This document shows positions 1 through 14,700 of a stretch of DNA of 64,000 bases, piece after piece. Within the stretch, counting starts at the first letter, position 1; the number at the start of each line of letters is the position of its first letter. The notes under the pieces were generated by a model that saw only the letters and a list, made by a program, of their open reading frames with translations, did no database searches and had not been told where the DNA came from. The stretch is from assembly GCA_046563655.1 (NCBI GenBank), contig CM102286.1:11222001-11286000 (forward strand), in the 5' to 3' direction. The position numbers and the translations under genes were made by a program. Source of the DNA: Yuukianura sp. NJ FZ-2021 (taxonomy: Eukaryota).

Positions 1-891
1 TTGTTTCAATCAATCCTAAAAAGTTGGACTTTTGCTCAAAATCAAATGACTTCCTGCTCATCTTCAGCCAAGAAAAAATTGAAGCAGGTTATCATCAAAG
101 CTAAGCAAAATAATCTAAGCAAACCAAAATCTAAGCCAAACCACAACTAAAAACTATTTTTAAGCTAAAAAGTTAACCCAAAACTATAAACAATTTTTGT
201 GGCTAAGATTAGCATTTTAAAGTTTAGTTAAAGTTAAAATTTAAAGTTAAAGGTCAAGTTTAATTTAATACAACTAATCTTAATTGTAATTACTTAATTA
301 TTTTTAGATTTTGTTTTCCCAGAATGTTGATGCTTATGGCAGGAAACCATCAACATTGTTGCTAAAAGTTTAGCAATCTCTGAAAAGTCGGCGAACACTT
401 TACAGTTTCCATTGAATTGAAAGCTTTTGCGAAATTTGATATCTCTGCCCCGCGGGCATCAGTCGAGCAAACCACTCTCTGTTCCATTGCCCAAGACTTT
501 AGAAACAGAACTTTGAAAAGCGAAGTAATCCTTATTCACTGTTCCCATAGTTTTGTTGTGGAAGTCCCTTGGCACTGGAAGATGAGACTTCTCCTAAATT
601 AAATTCCATAGTTGATTAATTACTGCCATTGACTTAAGCCTAAGTCCCTCGTCTTTCAAAGTCCCCTTGGACTTGTTCAAACTGAAGTCTCTTAAGCCTC
701 ATCTTACTAAACTCTCTTCTGGATCATAATCACTCGCAAGATGAGCCCTCACTTTCCCCAATACTTTAAAATTCTCCTTGTTTGAACTCCCAAGTTTACT
801 TCACATGCTCAATTTGATGAATAACTCAAAAAGCAGAATTGAAACTATCGTAACAAAGTTTTGAGCTTGGTTTTATTCTTTGATGTTGCAG

Positions 892-3800
892 GTCGCCTGG
901 GTTCATATCGACCGCAGAATGATTCTTACGATACACAAACACATTGTTACCAAAATCCCAAGGTTCACTGTTTCCTATGACTCGCATAAAACTTGGTTAC
1001 TTCATGTCAACTCAATTCAGCCAGAGGACAAAGGTTACTACATGTGTCAGGTACGAAACTTACATTGGTTAAATTTCTTTTACATAACATGTAATAAAAA
1101 ACGCATGTCAAGGAACAAAAGAGTTTCACCTAAAAATTACATGTTACAAAAAGAAAAAAAAAGGAAAACAAGCTAATTTGAGTGAAAGCATAAGAAAATG
1201 GTTAATTTAGGCCAATTTTATTATTTGTAGGTTTTAGACCTATTGTTGCTTCCGTGTCAAAATGCACAAAAATGTTAACGAAGCGTGGCATAATTTGCGT
1301 AATTTGTTTTTAGGTCAACACGGAACCAATGATTTCACAAGTGGGATATTTGCAAGTGGTGGGTAAGTTGGAATCACTTTCTGCTCCAAACAAAAGTTGC
1401 GTCTGACGAATCCACTGAAGCCTGAATTATTGAGACATGGAATGTGCCAGGACCCCGACCTTGGAATTCCCTTAGCTCCGAACTGTAAACTTGCGTTGGG
1501 CGTGAAGTGGAATGGAAATGAGGATTGATTATTGATCGAATTGTAGTTTGTAGCCCCTCCAACTGACTTCCACTTCCCAATTCGCCTCCTGTTGTTTTGT
1601 TGATTTAACTTTGTTTTCTCCAGTTCCTCCGAATATTCTGGATGACGACAGTTCAGAGTCCCATGTGGCAGTGCGTGAACATCAAAATATCACACTGAGC
1701 TGCAAAGCTGAAGGATTCCCTGAACCACGCATCACTTGGAGACGGGAAGATGGCAAGGAATTTGCGGTGGATCGAAGGAAGAAAGGTAAAGTCAACAATA
1801 GGAACAAGACTTAACTTCCACCCTTGTCGCAGTCACCCCTTTCGTATGTCACAAAATCCGTACAAGGCCAACAGATTCATACAACAATTGCATGCTCATT
1901 TTTACGCTAACAAAATCGCATCAATTTTTTGAAACCCATCCACCAAGGAATTTGCATTGCCTTACTTTATATTGCAACAGCAAGGGTGTTTAAATCCAAA
2001 TTTTGTTTCATTTTTCTTAACAGGTTATACCATAACTCCTTTTTTTTTATATTTTCAAATTTTTTGAACCACACGTCTAACGCGGTTCCGTTGCATTGGA
2101 AATTTTAAGTTAGAACTGTGGCTCTCAGCAGCGTGAAAATTTAAAAAAATTCAAAAGATTATTGTGAAAATCGACAGAATTGGTACAAAAGATGTTTTTT
2201 CGTGTTTTTACAAAATTGGAGTTATGGCATAACCTGTTAGCGCATTTGTATGAATGAGCGCTATAGCAACCTTGCAAACCCGTCATTCAAGGGAGATAAT
2301 CACGTGACAACAAATTTTGCATCTGTTGTAGTCCTTAACCATGTTCTTGGCGTAGGCTGTACTTAAAATTAAGTGCCGCCGAGGGAAGTTCGGGGTTAAG
2401 GAAATGTGTAATCAAGGATTTGACAAGGTGCAATACACGGATTACTGCTAAAGTGTTTCTGACAAAGAAACCACAAGATTTGGCTGGTGAAAGTTCAAGA
2501 GCTGGGGGAAAGTTAGAGATAGGAAGTTGACAGTTTGTTTAGAGAGTGGAGATGATCCAAGTTTTTAAAAAGTTTGTAAAAAAGAATGGAAGTAGCACAG
2601 AGTCAAATCCCTCTTAGGTTGAAGTAGATTACATTTTATATAATGGACTCTCGTAAAAAGATCCCACTCAAGCCCCCTACGATACGAAGTCTATGGAACT
2701 GTAATTTCCCTCGGTGAAAGTAACACGGCGCTCACAGGAAATAAAAGGAAACAAAACAAGAATGAGGTTGACGGGGACATGGGCACACCATAAGCGATTT
2801 CTCTACGACAAACAGAGCCGCTTCTTTTTGTGGGCGTTTTTAACGTAGAAAATTTCCAGAAGCTTTGTTTCATAACAGCCTTTCAACAAAAGTTGCACTT
2901 GGCGTTTACCAATTTTGGTTTTTACAGATTTATTAAAATTTAACATGTTTTGTGAAAATCGGCAGTTTTGCTCCTTTTGCAACTCAAATTTAAAATTCTC
3001 AATTCTGTCTACTTCGCCATTTCGAAAGTTTTCGAAACGCTTTACTTTTTCAACTATTAGTTTTTGTAAAGGTAAAAAATCACAGTGACAGTTAATTCTG
3101 AGGATAGTTTTGACTTTCACATTCTTAACACAATATTTAAATAAAATCTTTTCTTTTGTTAGTTTTAGCACAATAAGGCATAAAAATGCAAATCAATTAA
3201 CCCTAGAAGATCAATTTGCTTTTGACTTTGGCTGAATGTCTTTCAGTTCACTCGTATTAATTACACATGACAAAATGGAAGCAGATTAAACTAACCTAAT
3301 TTACATCAAACACCGGTAATGGTATCATACATGTAAAAGCGCTCAAGTGTGCTAAAGATTTGCAACTTTTTCGCCCGTATTTTCCATTCGTTGTTTTATT
3401 TAAGACTGTTCAAATGATAACTTGGTTTTAATGGGAATAAAGTCCAATGAATCCTCCTGTGCTGCGTTGAGGACTCTCGTGTGTGCTGTTACGGAAACGC
3501 TCTAATCGTGGCCTGTCCCACTTAAACTCATGTTCACTCCAGTGCTTGCGTGGGATTCAGGGCTGTAGTGGAGCAGAGGGCCCTTAGCACAGGATCATGA
3601 ATCCTGGCCCAATGGGTCGTTGGAGGTTAATAACAATTATGAATGTCTTCTACATCATCCCATTCAATCTAAAATTAAGCGATTGGATCATTCCTCTACA
3701 CTCTCAAGTGCTCTCTTCAAATAATGGAACAGTGTCACCCTAGAACTTTCTCCTTGTACTACTTTCTACACTGCTAACTGTAGAAGAAGATCAAGTGAAA

Positions 3801-6800
3801 GAGGAAACGCCTTGAAAGGATATTCAGACGTAGGCTTTTGCATTTATCTGATGAAGGGATGAGTCAGATTATGTCTCCCGTCTCTGTCCTACACCAGCAT
3901 GCAGTATTCCGGGTGTCCATTTCCATCAAGTGTGTCTTGGCTATTAAATCAGAATGATTTATTAACTCTGCTGCCAAGTTACGCGTACCCGGACTCACAG
4001 GAAATTCGAATCGAGTAGTTAGAGGACATGCTTTAAAGCGGAATCCACTTGAACATTGGGTTGTGCAGAGGCAGAAGTATCCCAGACTGGGACATGGAAA
4101 AACAGTTTGGAAGCGAGACAAGCCGAATTTCCATTTTCAGTGTTCTGGCTTTAAGCCTTGTATGTCGTTTTTGGATAAGGTTAGATTAGATGTAGCAGTA
4201 AGAACATTTATTGTCATCCTTCCGCTTGGTTTGCTAGAAATTGTAGGGAAGCAGAGGGGGAAAGCATGGGTGACAGTGACTCACGAATTCTGAATTGAAA
4301 CAAGACTGTGAAGGGAGGAAAAGTCTCATTAAAACCCTCTTTTTAGCAAAAAAAAAAAATATTCACCCCCATATTTATTCAGTTCATCTTCTCGTTTACT
4401 AGTGAATAGTACATAGAGTTTGTAGCTTCCCGCCCTTAAAAAGGCCCATTTCGAATGCAAATAAGTGTTAATTACTCTCCTTTAGAGTTCAAAATGCGTT
4501 TCACACGATGCACGGGTCATGGGCTATTCGTGGTCCTTAGTGTAAGACTTCCTTCGCCTCAATTACACCAAAATTGCTCTAAACACAGACAGGTTGAACC
4601 AGAAGCGGTGAAAATGAGTTTTCACTGCCATTTTCCGGTAACCTGTTGACCAAAATACGCCGTAATGAGCAAACCGTTTAAAATTTTGCATACTTATGTA
4701 AAAGACCGAAGCCAAAAAATTTTCGAAGCACGTAGCAAGGATTTGTATTGGTACACACTAGGTAAGTTAGAATCTAAAATATGGATGCGTTTCTGGATTT
4801 TTGTCCTGTCTTATGAAACTCCACGGAATGAAATTCTCCCTCGGTCCAATTCCCCTTGCAACAGAAATCGAGACTATCCTGGCAAGGGAACAAGAATAGT
4901 ATCTAACTGGTGGCGGAATGAAATTAAATGGAGCAAGGCTGACACCCCGTGTGATGAACTTGGTGATGCATAAGTGGATAATAGCTGTAACATGAGGCGA
5001 AGTGATAAAGTCCAACAGCAAGTGTGGTTGAGTCGTAACGCACTGGAGGGTTTCCAGCATAATGGGACCGGAATGGCGGTGGCTGTTTATGGGGAAAGGA
5101 CATGGGGGAGCTACTTTCTCCCTAACCTAACCTAAGCCAAAAAGTTAGTCATTCTGTTTTATCAAACCTAATCGGTTCAGTGGATGTTGGTATCGGAGGG
5201 TCCCTTCAAAGCCAATTAAAACCCAAAGGGCCAAAGCGGGAATCATAAAGGGCTCTTTTCAAAGGGTCCCCACTTCCACTCATTCGAATCTTTGTGAAAG
5301 ATTGTGATCCAAAAAGAAGCATTTTTAGTTGAACAATGGGAGAAAGTGTATGAATGTAATGCGATGACTTTACTTTTGAATTTGCATAATGGGATCATAC
5401 ATGCACTTAACCAGTGAAAGCATAGTACATTGAACAATGTCGATAGGTTGGTAAAAATGCATGGCAATCAAACTTTTATGAAATCCATGCGCGTTTGGTG
5501 TTGCACCAATATGAAACTGCGATCTTACTCGCGATTGTTTGGTTTGCAGTAAATCAGTCAGATGGAGAACGACTTCACTTGTATCGCATCAGCCGAACGG
5601 AAATGGGCCCATATCTATGCATAGGTCTGGAAACTCACTTTCATCTTTTTTTCGATTTACTTTTGCTGTACCATCATGCTCAAATTCGTTTTTGAATCTC
5701 CACGCCAAACCCGCTTATTTCTTTTACATGTTTTTACTTAATCTGGCTAATTTTGATTTAATATAGCACAGCAATTGCCGTTGAATTCCAATTCCAATGT
5801 ACATTCTAATGTGAATCATTGTCGTTTTACAGCTTCAAATGGGGTTCCACCGTCAGTGAGCAAGAGAATAATAGTCGACGTTGAATGTAAGTACTTTTTG
5901 AATTGCAATTTGGGGTTGAGCATACTGAGCAGTTTGAGTAATAAACAGAACTTGCCTGGCTACCGCTAATGCATACGTGCAAGTTTTATTGAAAAGTTGA
6001 TTTTCTTTAACAGGTTGAGTACTACCTCGCTCGTTGACAAAAACAATTAAACAAAAACAAAACAAAAAGGTAGTACCAATGCAAAACTTAAAAGATTCGG
6101 CTTAAAAGACATTTTTTCTTGTAAAATCGGAAGAAGTTGAGGTAGTACCCAACCTGTTAAAAAAAAAGTAAAATTTGAAAAACCTTGCATGCGCGTGTTG
6201 TCCACTACCAATGCGTTGTCAACAAAATGTTGAAATTGGTGTTACATATTATTTAGAAAAATTAAAAAAATTTTCTAAAATGCGACTTTGGACATGTAAT
6301 AAGAAAAGTTATAACAGGCACACAGAAACTGGCACACAGTTTAAGGTTACCTTTGGATTTAGGATTTGTACTATCAAAGAGGAAAGATAAGAGGAACATG
6401 CTGTTAGTTTATTGCAACAATTGCGAGAGCGAGAAGTGGATTAGGTTCCAGGAATCTCAATTATTCATGGTGTTGGGGTGGGTTTTGGTGATTGAATTAA
6501 AAAGAGAAAGGTAAGGTGGATTTTAGTGTTTGGGGAATTAAGATGGACAAGTGAAGTAAGTAACTTTCTTCTCAAGTCCACTTCCAGCCAATCTTAGGTA
6601 AGGCAGGAGAGAGAAAGTGAACGTTGTTTCTTTTCCCAGTGGCTGGAGAAAGTGAAATAAGCCCAACAACCTTGCCTAGGGTGAACCCAAGGTGTTTTTG
6701 GTGAATGGGTGGATGAATGAGGTAGTGAATGAGGGGGAGGGTGAGGGATGTCTAATTTGTCTTGATCAGCCCCTACTTTCCCCCACCTCCGCCTCACATT

Positions 6801-9800
6801 CTCACACTCTGCCAAGCACTTTCACTGCCACCCAAAGTGAACTTGGCTTAAGGAGATTTAGGACGTACATGGACGTACATGCACAGCATGACATCCTATG
6901 GCTCCCATGTCATTTTCCCACTGAATCCACGTAGGACCAGACTAAGGATGAAGGGACTTACACTTCCCTGCACAGGACTTTCTCAGTCACTTAGTCATGT
7001 CAGTCTCTCTACAAGGTCCAAGGAATAATGGGTCCATGAGTGATGATGAGCTTTCTGCATGACATGTCTTCCTCAAGACGCAACAAGACTTGTCGTTTCC
7101 CCCGTCTCTGTTGTCGAACAAGGCTCCACTAAAGATCAAATTTATCTTAACACGACCACAGCTCTATTTAATCAGCTATCCACTTCGCATTTTTTCTTAG
7201 CTGCAGATTGATTGGTCAAGTTTCGAAATTTTCATATCACTCCATATTTTTCTTAATATCTATAATGCAAATGGGTACATCAGTATTAACCAAGGTTCGT
7301 TGACAACCGTAAATGTAATTCCTACGACAGGTTGGTACAGTTGTCCAATAACTCAAGGTTTCCAAAAATTTTAGTTCAAACAAATTTCTGTACCAATTCC
7401 GCTCCAACTCTATTTACCTTACATGCAAAAAATTACCATACAAAGACAGATTTGATATTTTCGAGCAAATTTTTAAATTTCCAGTTATTGGACAACCTTG
7501 GTGTAGGAAAAGTTTTTTTTTGTTTACGAGCCTTGAGCATTAACCGACCTACAAAAATTATTAAGACTAGCACGAAGATACTAAATTATTCTTTTAGATA
7601 TAAAATTATTCATCTTTTTAAAAAATTACAAAAAAGGATTTTTTTTTGCGGCGTCTTGTGCAAGGGAATTTATTAACTTTCGCTTCTTTGTTTTTGTTGC
7701 AGTTTCCCCAATGATTTGGGTGCCGAATCAATTAGTAGGGGCGCCGAGTGGGACGAACGTGACACTGGAAGTAGGTTATGAAATATCAACAAATTGAGTA
7801 GAAGAGTAATCCATTACTTTTTTTTATTAGTGTCATACAGAGGCCTTTCCGAGGGCAATTAGCTACTGGGTTTATGACAACGTCATGATCCTCACCACCG
7901 GAAAGCACTACACAGAAACACTGGAGACAAACTACAAAACACACATGCGACTCACCATTCGCAACCTCAGAGACAAGGACTTTGGCAAATACAGGTAACA
8001 ATGTTGTTCATGAGTAACTGATCACCCTTCCACATGTCACCATCATAGTTATGACACTTCCTATACTTAATGTCACTTAGCACGAAACATCTACTTTCTG
8101 TTGAACCAGTTTCATCATGATAACTGTATCCAAACATTTCTTTTAGGTGTCTCTCAAAAAATTCCTTGGGAGAAACAGAGGGTTCCATCCGATTGTATGG
8201 TAAGTCCCACAAAAGCTTAATGTTTGAATATAATGTGTATGAAATTAAACTACGAAACAATGTCGGGTTACAATTTAACAATATTTATAAAAACGAAGTA
8301 GCAGCAGTGTGACAATAATTTCGGATCGAGAATTTTATTGTTCAAAGGGATTAGGAAATCAAAGTCCATTTTCCGTGCTTCTGATTTGAAAAATGAAAAC
8401 CTTCCATTTGAAGAAAAATTTGGGATTTTGGCTCTGATTCAAAAGAAAATTCAATGCCTAGTTTAAAAGATATTTCAAAGTATGAGTACGGGGAGGTTTG
8501 ATTAAAATAACTTTTTCAAAAAAAAATCTACCAGCACCATTAACCAAAAGAATGTGAACTGGTAGCGTCACGAGTATCTTGCGACTTAATATTCCATTTG
8601 CAGGATTTAATACGTTTGAAGAGTCCCGTTTTCTCTCTCTCTATGTTCACTAGCGCTGCATTTCAATTAAAGCATATCCTTTTACAGACTCATCCATTTT
8701 GCATTATTGAGGTTGCTCTTTGATCATGAGGATTTTGTAACTTTCTCCCACCCCGAATACAAAAAGATACATTATTTCCATCATTCCATCTGATTAAATT
8801 CGCACTCCAGAATTTTCTTTGGGGTTTTTACACACTTTACAACGCAAGCTAGCAAACGATGCAGTTTTTCGTAGAAACCTTAAGAGAATGCAGACCTAAT
8901 TTCTGTGAGATATCTTGTTTCTTCTAGAAATACCATTGCCATCACCACCGCCAAAAGCAACCGAAAAGCGAGGCATGAAAGACAGTAAGTGCAACATAAC
9001 TTCAAGTATATTCAATAATACTTGGCTTCCGAACTGACAAGTGAAGGACACAAGCGATTTTTTGGGTATATTTTTTCCGTTTTCATTCAAGCAATTTTTT
9101 GAAATTACATTCGATAAAAAAAAACTACCAAGGTCCAAAGGCGGTTTTCAAACGGCCGATAATTTGGAACAGTTTAAGGGATAAAGGAATCATGTCGCAA
9201 ATTCAATAGGGCAATCTGGGCATGCTGACATGCCGATACTTTTCAAACAGATTGGACCATTTTCCAGTTCACCCAATTTCCGGGACTAATATTTTCTACA
9301 GAATACAGAATATCATAGTTACAGTACTACAATTACTCATTCTGCCTACACTTCACATATTTTGTCATTTCACATCACGCTTGTACTTTTGTGGAGACAG
9401 TTGAAATTGGTATGGTTTAGTTGCATTTGTAACGTGGGAGGTTCAACGTTCAACACTTTCAATAAAGTAAAATTCTTTGAACTTTTAGTTATTTTAAACA
9501 GAATTTAAGTTTAGTTTGGTTTGTTTTGTTTATGCTTAATGCTATAAACTAATTTTCTTTTACTAAGTGAGCGTTAAAAATTGAACAAAATAGTATTAAT
9601 AAACCTTTCTGCACTAAATAGATCCTACCGGAGGTGGTGGAAGTGTTTTAAAGTTGAATCCAATTTCCAAACCAGAAGAAAAGCGAAACCGCGGAGGGAA
9701 CCGGGGCAGAACCAAGGCTGATTCTTCAGTTCCAATTGACTCATCCGGAAACGGACAGCAAACGGGCCAATCCCAGGAGAATACCTATGGAGACATCCCT

Positions 9801-10010
9801 TCAATAGAATCTGCGTCGGCTTCAGAAAATTCCGGTTTGATTTTTAACTAACTTTGACAATCCTGCTGACAATTCCGGTTTTCATTGAAAAAAAAATTCT
9901 GGTTTAATTTTGCAGGAAATTCCTTGAGGAATCGTTTTCCAAGCATTCAACTATTCCTGATTACTGGCATGGCCTTCTGCCCGATATTCGCCCAGTTTGT
10001 AATGGTATAA
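892..10010 (+). CDS. DIP-delta: Dpr-interacting protein (DIP)/Lachesin-family triple-Ig cell adhesion protein, closest recalled match DIP-delta; 5' exons lie upstream of the window
   Basis: Phase-consistent GT-AG exons: 892-1050, 1314-1362, 1624-1785, 5550-5624, 5833-5886, 7703-7770, 7831-7994, 8147-8199, 8928-8984, 9622-9834, 9916-10010 (TAA). Spliced protein: VAWVHIDRRMILTIH..DKGYYMCQVNTEPMISQVGYLQVVVPPNI..LSCKAEGFPEPRITWRREDG..MGPYLCIASNGVPPSVSKRIIVDVEFSPMIWVPNQLVGAPSGTNVTLECHTEAFP..DFGKYRCLSKNSLGETEGSIRLYEIPLP. It ends in a hydrophobic GPI-like tail (IQLFLITGMAFCPIFAQFVMV*). The subfamily call is from recalled similarity. Confidence 0.92.
1981..2274. mobile_element. P-element-like MITE copy (CAAGG...CCTTG ends, inner inverted repeat)
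   Basis: Begins caagg (1981) and ends ccttg (2274). Inner inverted repeat taacaggttataccataactcc (2018-2039) / ggagttatggcataacctgtta (2218-2239). No clear TSD. Confidence 0.55.
5980..6187. mobile_element. P-element-like MITE copy
   Basis: Ends caag.../aaccttg. Inner IR ttaacaggttgagtactacctc / gaggtagtacccaacctgttaa. Degenerate 8-bp TSD catacgtg/catgcgcg. Homologous to 19093-19392. Confidence 0.65.
7291..7535. mobile_element. P-element-like MITE copy
   Basis: TIR caaggttcgt / acgagccttg. Flanks agtattaac / agcattaac. Inner IR gttgtccaataact / agttattggacaac. Confidence 0.6.
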
Positions 10011-11459
10011 TACGTGTTACATTAATAACATTGTGCACACTGTATCGAACCACAAATTGACAAAGCGCTCATAAAATTATTACTAAACTTACGGTATATT
10101 TATACCAACTAATTTTTAAGGTGCTGAAAACGTAACTTGCTGCTATAAGTTCTACTTTTTAGGATATGTCAGGTTTAGGATTATTTCTAAAAACAACAAT
10201 GATTCGGCTTAATGTTAGGAGTGATCCATGCATGGCTAAGGAAAAGACATGCGAGTTAATGGATTACAATTTGTGCAAAGGCTCAACAGTTTAGAAAATC
10301 AGTGTTAAGATTTATCAGTGCCAAATATTTTTTGTTACATAGATTAACCATCCTACTAGGCTAATGACATTAACCACCCAAACGACATGCACCAATTCGT
10401 ATTTTGGTTTTGGTTTTACTAAAGCTAGGTCTAAAACAACACTAATAGTTATGGTAGATGTAGAGTGAATGACACCAATATTGTTTACTTGAAACAAAAA
10501 ATTAGATAAGGAAAGTTGTGAAAAGTAAGTTTTGTTAAATGTAGCGACTTGTAAGGAGGGGAAAGTTAAGTTTAGAATTTTTCTTTTCCTAAGTTTTTTC
10601 TTAGAATAAGGATCCAATAGGATTGTGAGTATTAAATCCAAGGGGAATAAACGTATCCGATTTGTATTCTTCTGCTCAACATAACCTTCCCTTATTCCCC
10701 GGATGGTGATCCAACTCCAGCAGTATGCGTGTGTGTTGTATATAATTTTGTGATATGATAAAAACTGAATCTAACTTGTAAGCCCAAGACGTTCTTGGAC
10801 AACTTGCAGCATAAACACATTAACTTTTATTCGGAACCTACACTTGTATAAGCGTAACCCTAACTTTCCAAAACTTACTGCACTACAAAATTCCAAAATG
10901 TCAACGGTGCAAACTTCCAAAAAAAAGTAACGATATTTACAGAAAAACCACCCCATATTGACACAAAAACAAATTTTAGTTGAATTCTTCTTTCATCGGA
11001 TGTATAAGTCAGTAAGGAATAAACTGTAAAATTTGGAGTCGTGTTGAGTAGTCATCTAGGAAGACTATAAACTGCATGAATAATAAAACGTTTTCAACTA
11101 AGATCCGGTTTTAAAAACATGCTCGCACTAAAAACTAAGTATACTGTACTATATAGCGTAGGATGATGAGAACATCGAGTCAACAAGCCTTTCACTTTTG
11201 CTTTCTCTGTAAACATTGAATAATCAAGTGGTTTTAATTCCAGCCGCTTAACCTCATTACGTTCACATCTTCAACCAAAGTCAACAAAAATCAGTTTGGT
11301 ATAAGAAAGCTCAAAGAACCCTCATAAAACCTGTTGCAGGCCATAGATGATGAGGGAAAACCAACATAAGGAAAACGACGCTTGATGAAGATATGAAATC
11401 AAGGAAAATGAGTGGAACATCATCGACATCTCCACAAGTTTCCTTTCTTGGATCCGGCC

Positions 11460-11717
11460 TAAGGTTTCTTGACTGATTTTCTTTAAGAGGTTGAGTCATA
11501 CCTCATGTTTTTTCGATTTTGAAAAAAAAGTGCTTTTTTATTTCCGGACACCCTAGTCATAACAATGCAGGCGAATTTTCCAAATTTTACCTATAAACGA
11601 ATTGGTGTATATTTTTTTGGTTGGTACCAAACTTGATACCAGTTATTTTTTAATTCTTTGTCGAGGTAGTGCTCAACCTGTTAAAGAAAATTAACTTTTC
11701 GTCGTCAAGGAACCTTA
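11460..11717 (-). mobile_element. P-element-like MITE copy, reverse orientation relative to 19093-19392
   Basis: The reverse complement of the right end (aaggttccttgacgacgaaaagttaattttctttaacaggttgagcactacctcg) matches the sequence from 19094 on. Flanks gatccggc/gattcggc. Confidence 0.65.
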
Positions 11718-14700
11718 GATTCGGCATCCATGACCCATTGGCGTGTTAAAAATGGATTTTAATTCTTGAATCTGAGGAGGTGTTGGAATACAGGGGTGGA
11801 ACGGGGGTGGAATCACCCTATTGTTTATTAAGTATTCGCTTCCGCAGAAGGCTAAAGTAGCTCCCTTGCCCTTATGCCTTGTGCTGAATAAATGTTTAAG
11901 TGAGAGTCATGTGGGGGTTAATTTCAGAAGTCCCAAGGAAGAGCGGCAAGAAAGTGGGAAGGGAGAGAGAGAAAGTCGAAGAAAATCTCATCAGAGTTGA
12001 AAGGAACTCTGAATTCGCCTCACGTTCAGGGCAATAAGCAACGAAAGTACTGGGGAAGATCTTCCACGAAAACCAACACGGAATGAATATTGCAGAGGAA
12101 CGTCCAAAGCCTTAATGTACTTTCTACAACATTTCTTCCTTTCTCCTGCCCACCAAAAAGTACTGGCAGTACCACTGGCAATGGCACAACAGCATAAAAC
12201 CTCCATTTTGGATTCTGTGACTTTACACTTATGACTCCGTCCACTTTCTTCATTTTCTTTCTCCCCCCGTTTCTACTCTGTATTCCCATGTATAATCAGA
12301 GAAGCAGTTTACAAAATCCCATTGACGAAAATCCAAAAGCCCAAAAGCATCGGTGTGAATCCCCTGCTTCACGAATTCATCCAAGTCTAATAAGGCTTTG
12401 GAAAGTGATGGGTGGGCACACATAGCCTCCAGTCCATGGTCAACAACGATTCTATGGATTTTCACTCCTTTGGAATCACAAGTCTATTGGAAATAAAAGA
12501 TTGAGAAAACGGAGTCGAAGGCGCTAGAATTTTGTGCCAAAGGAAACTCCTACAGAAATTGCGGACTAAATAAGTAAGTGAGTTTGGAAATATTTGAAGG
12601 GGGCGATGATAGCTCTTCTGGAAGAGGTTCTAGGGATTTTACGGCATAAGAATAACGGAGCAAAGTAGAGCAAGGAAATTCATGTCTCAGGGTTCAGGAA
12701 TTGAGCTATTGAAGCTTTAGAAGAGAAAACTCCATGTTGCTGTCTGAGTTTATGAGAAGACAAAGTAAAAGTGGAGGGATGGTCTTGGGATGCGGATGGT
12801 TTTAGTACAGTGTGCTAATGAATCATTAATGAGGATGTACAGTCATCTGAAATGACTTCCCCGTCTGTCTTTCCTTCTAGACTCCAGTTTAAGTCCTCCT
12901 CCTTTCTTAAGTGGAAGGTGAAGAAAGTGCGAGGGAAATTTCAATTTCTCCTTCATCTTCCTTCCATTTGAGTCTGTGGCGATTTCCCTTTTCTCCGTTC
13001 CACTGGGAGGAGACCTAATCCAATTTTCCTTGGAGAGTTCTTCCTTTGCTCACTTTATCTAACCCCACAACCAGCAGACTGATAGTCCCACTTTCTGCCC
13101 TCAAATTTCGATTTCTGACGCGGCTTTTGGTGCCCATTTTAAATCTAACAAGGTCTTCCTTCATCCAGGTTTTAAGTGCTAGGTTAGGTAGAAGTCTAAG
13201 CAATTTTCCAACTATTATGTTTAAACAAATTTTCATACTTTCACCGCTAAATGCCCTCTAATGCACTAGCCAATGATCTGCGATTGCTTGATTTACTTTC
13301 ACATCTCATTTTACTTTTGAATTCAGGATTTGATACATTTGGATTCACAAGCCTGGAAATCACTATAATCGGGTGTAAAGCAGACAGAGTATTGCATACT
13401 GAATACTGTGAGGACCAGCTAAAAGAATACACCCATATTTTGTTTCCATTGGAACGAGTTAAAGCTCATGCAAACATGAGGGGAAAACTAACTCAAAATT
13501 TGTAACTTTAGTGAACTTGACTTTGAATTGGATTTTTGCAAATCGTGTTACTTCACTGGTTTTCCCTTCACAGCTTCAGAATTAAACAAAGTTACTGATT
13601 TTTGAGTTACTGTTTTCGCTTTCGCTCATTGTATACTATATTAAGAAATTGGGCATATTTTGGTTACAACTTACAAACATAGGATAAGTCAAGTTAGGTT
13701 AGGTATGGAAACGACACAAAACACTTACTTTTGAGAAAAGCAAATATGGACTATAAACAACGCAATAATTTAGGCCCCACTTCACATTGGCATTACAGCG
13801 GATATTGTGCCGTTTAAATCTTTTTCCACTCTACGCCCTCAGACCGTTATGTTTCGATTCTTCGTTTATTCATTGGAGAAACTCAAGGGGTTTTCATGTT
13901 TGTAAGCTAAAATTATGTGAAACTGATCCTGGAAGAGATGGGTAGAGACGGCATAAGCCGACAAACGGAAATTAAACCTATTTACTCACGTTTTAATCGA
14001 GTTGTCTCCCTCTTCTCTGCTTGCTTAAGAGACTTCATAATTTATAATCCATTTATCAACAAACTAATTCTCACTTCTACTCTACTCTTCTTCTTCCCAG
14101 CACCAAATTCTTTGTAGGCCGTCAACTTTCTCTTCTAGGCGTCTTCCTTCATCCTGGGAGGTACGAAGTGTCAAGATGGTGTTTGTTTGTGTGTTACTGG
14201 GCTAATTGCTCACTTTCTTCTGAGGTCTTCTCCTTCATCCTCTATTTCCATAAGTCCCTCATAATTACAAGTCCAAGGAAAACTTCTCTTGATCTCAAGC
14301 TCATTTCCCTCGTTTTTGATTTTCTTAAACTCCAAACTTAGCACTTTCCTTTTGATCAGGAAATTGAAATTTCTAATTCAATTAATTTTCTCCAGTTACA
14401 TTAGAATTTCCATTTTTAGCAAAGGTTCCATGCAGTTGGATTTTGCTTTCTATGATTCAAATCTATAGGTTTGAACGTATAGTTCAAAGTTTTAAAATGG
14501 GTCAGGAGAAAGCACCGTGTACAGACACGAGTTGGGCAGTTTAAGTTCAGGATTGAGGTTGAGGTTGGGTTGTTCACCGTCATGAAAAAATCTCTAGGGA
14601 ATGAAAGCGTATGACCGTTTGGATTTTGGAGTTTGAACAAAGTAAAAGGAGTAAATCCTATTGGCACTGCCGTATCTGATTTGATTAAGAACAAACTGTG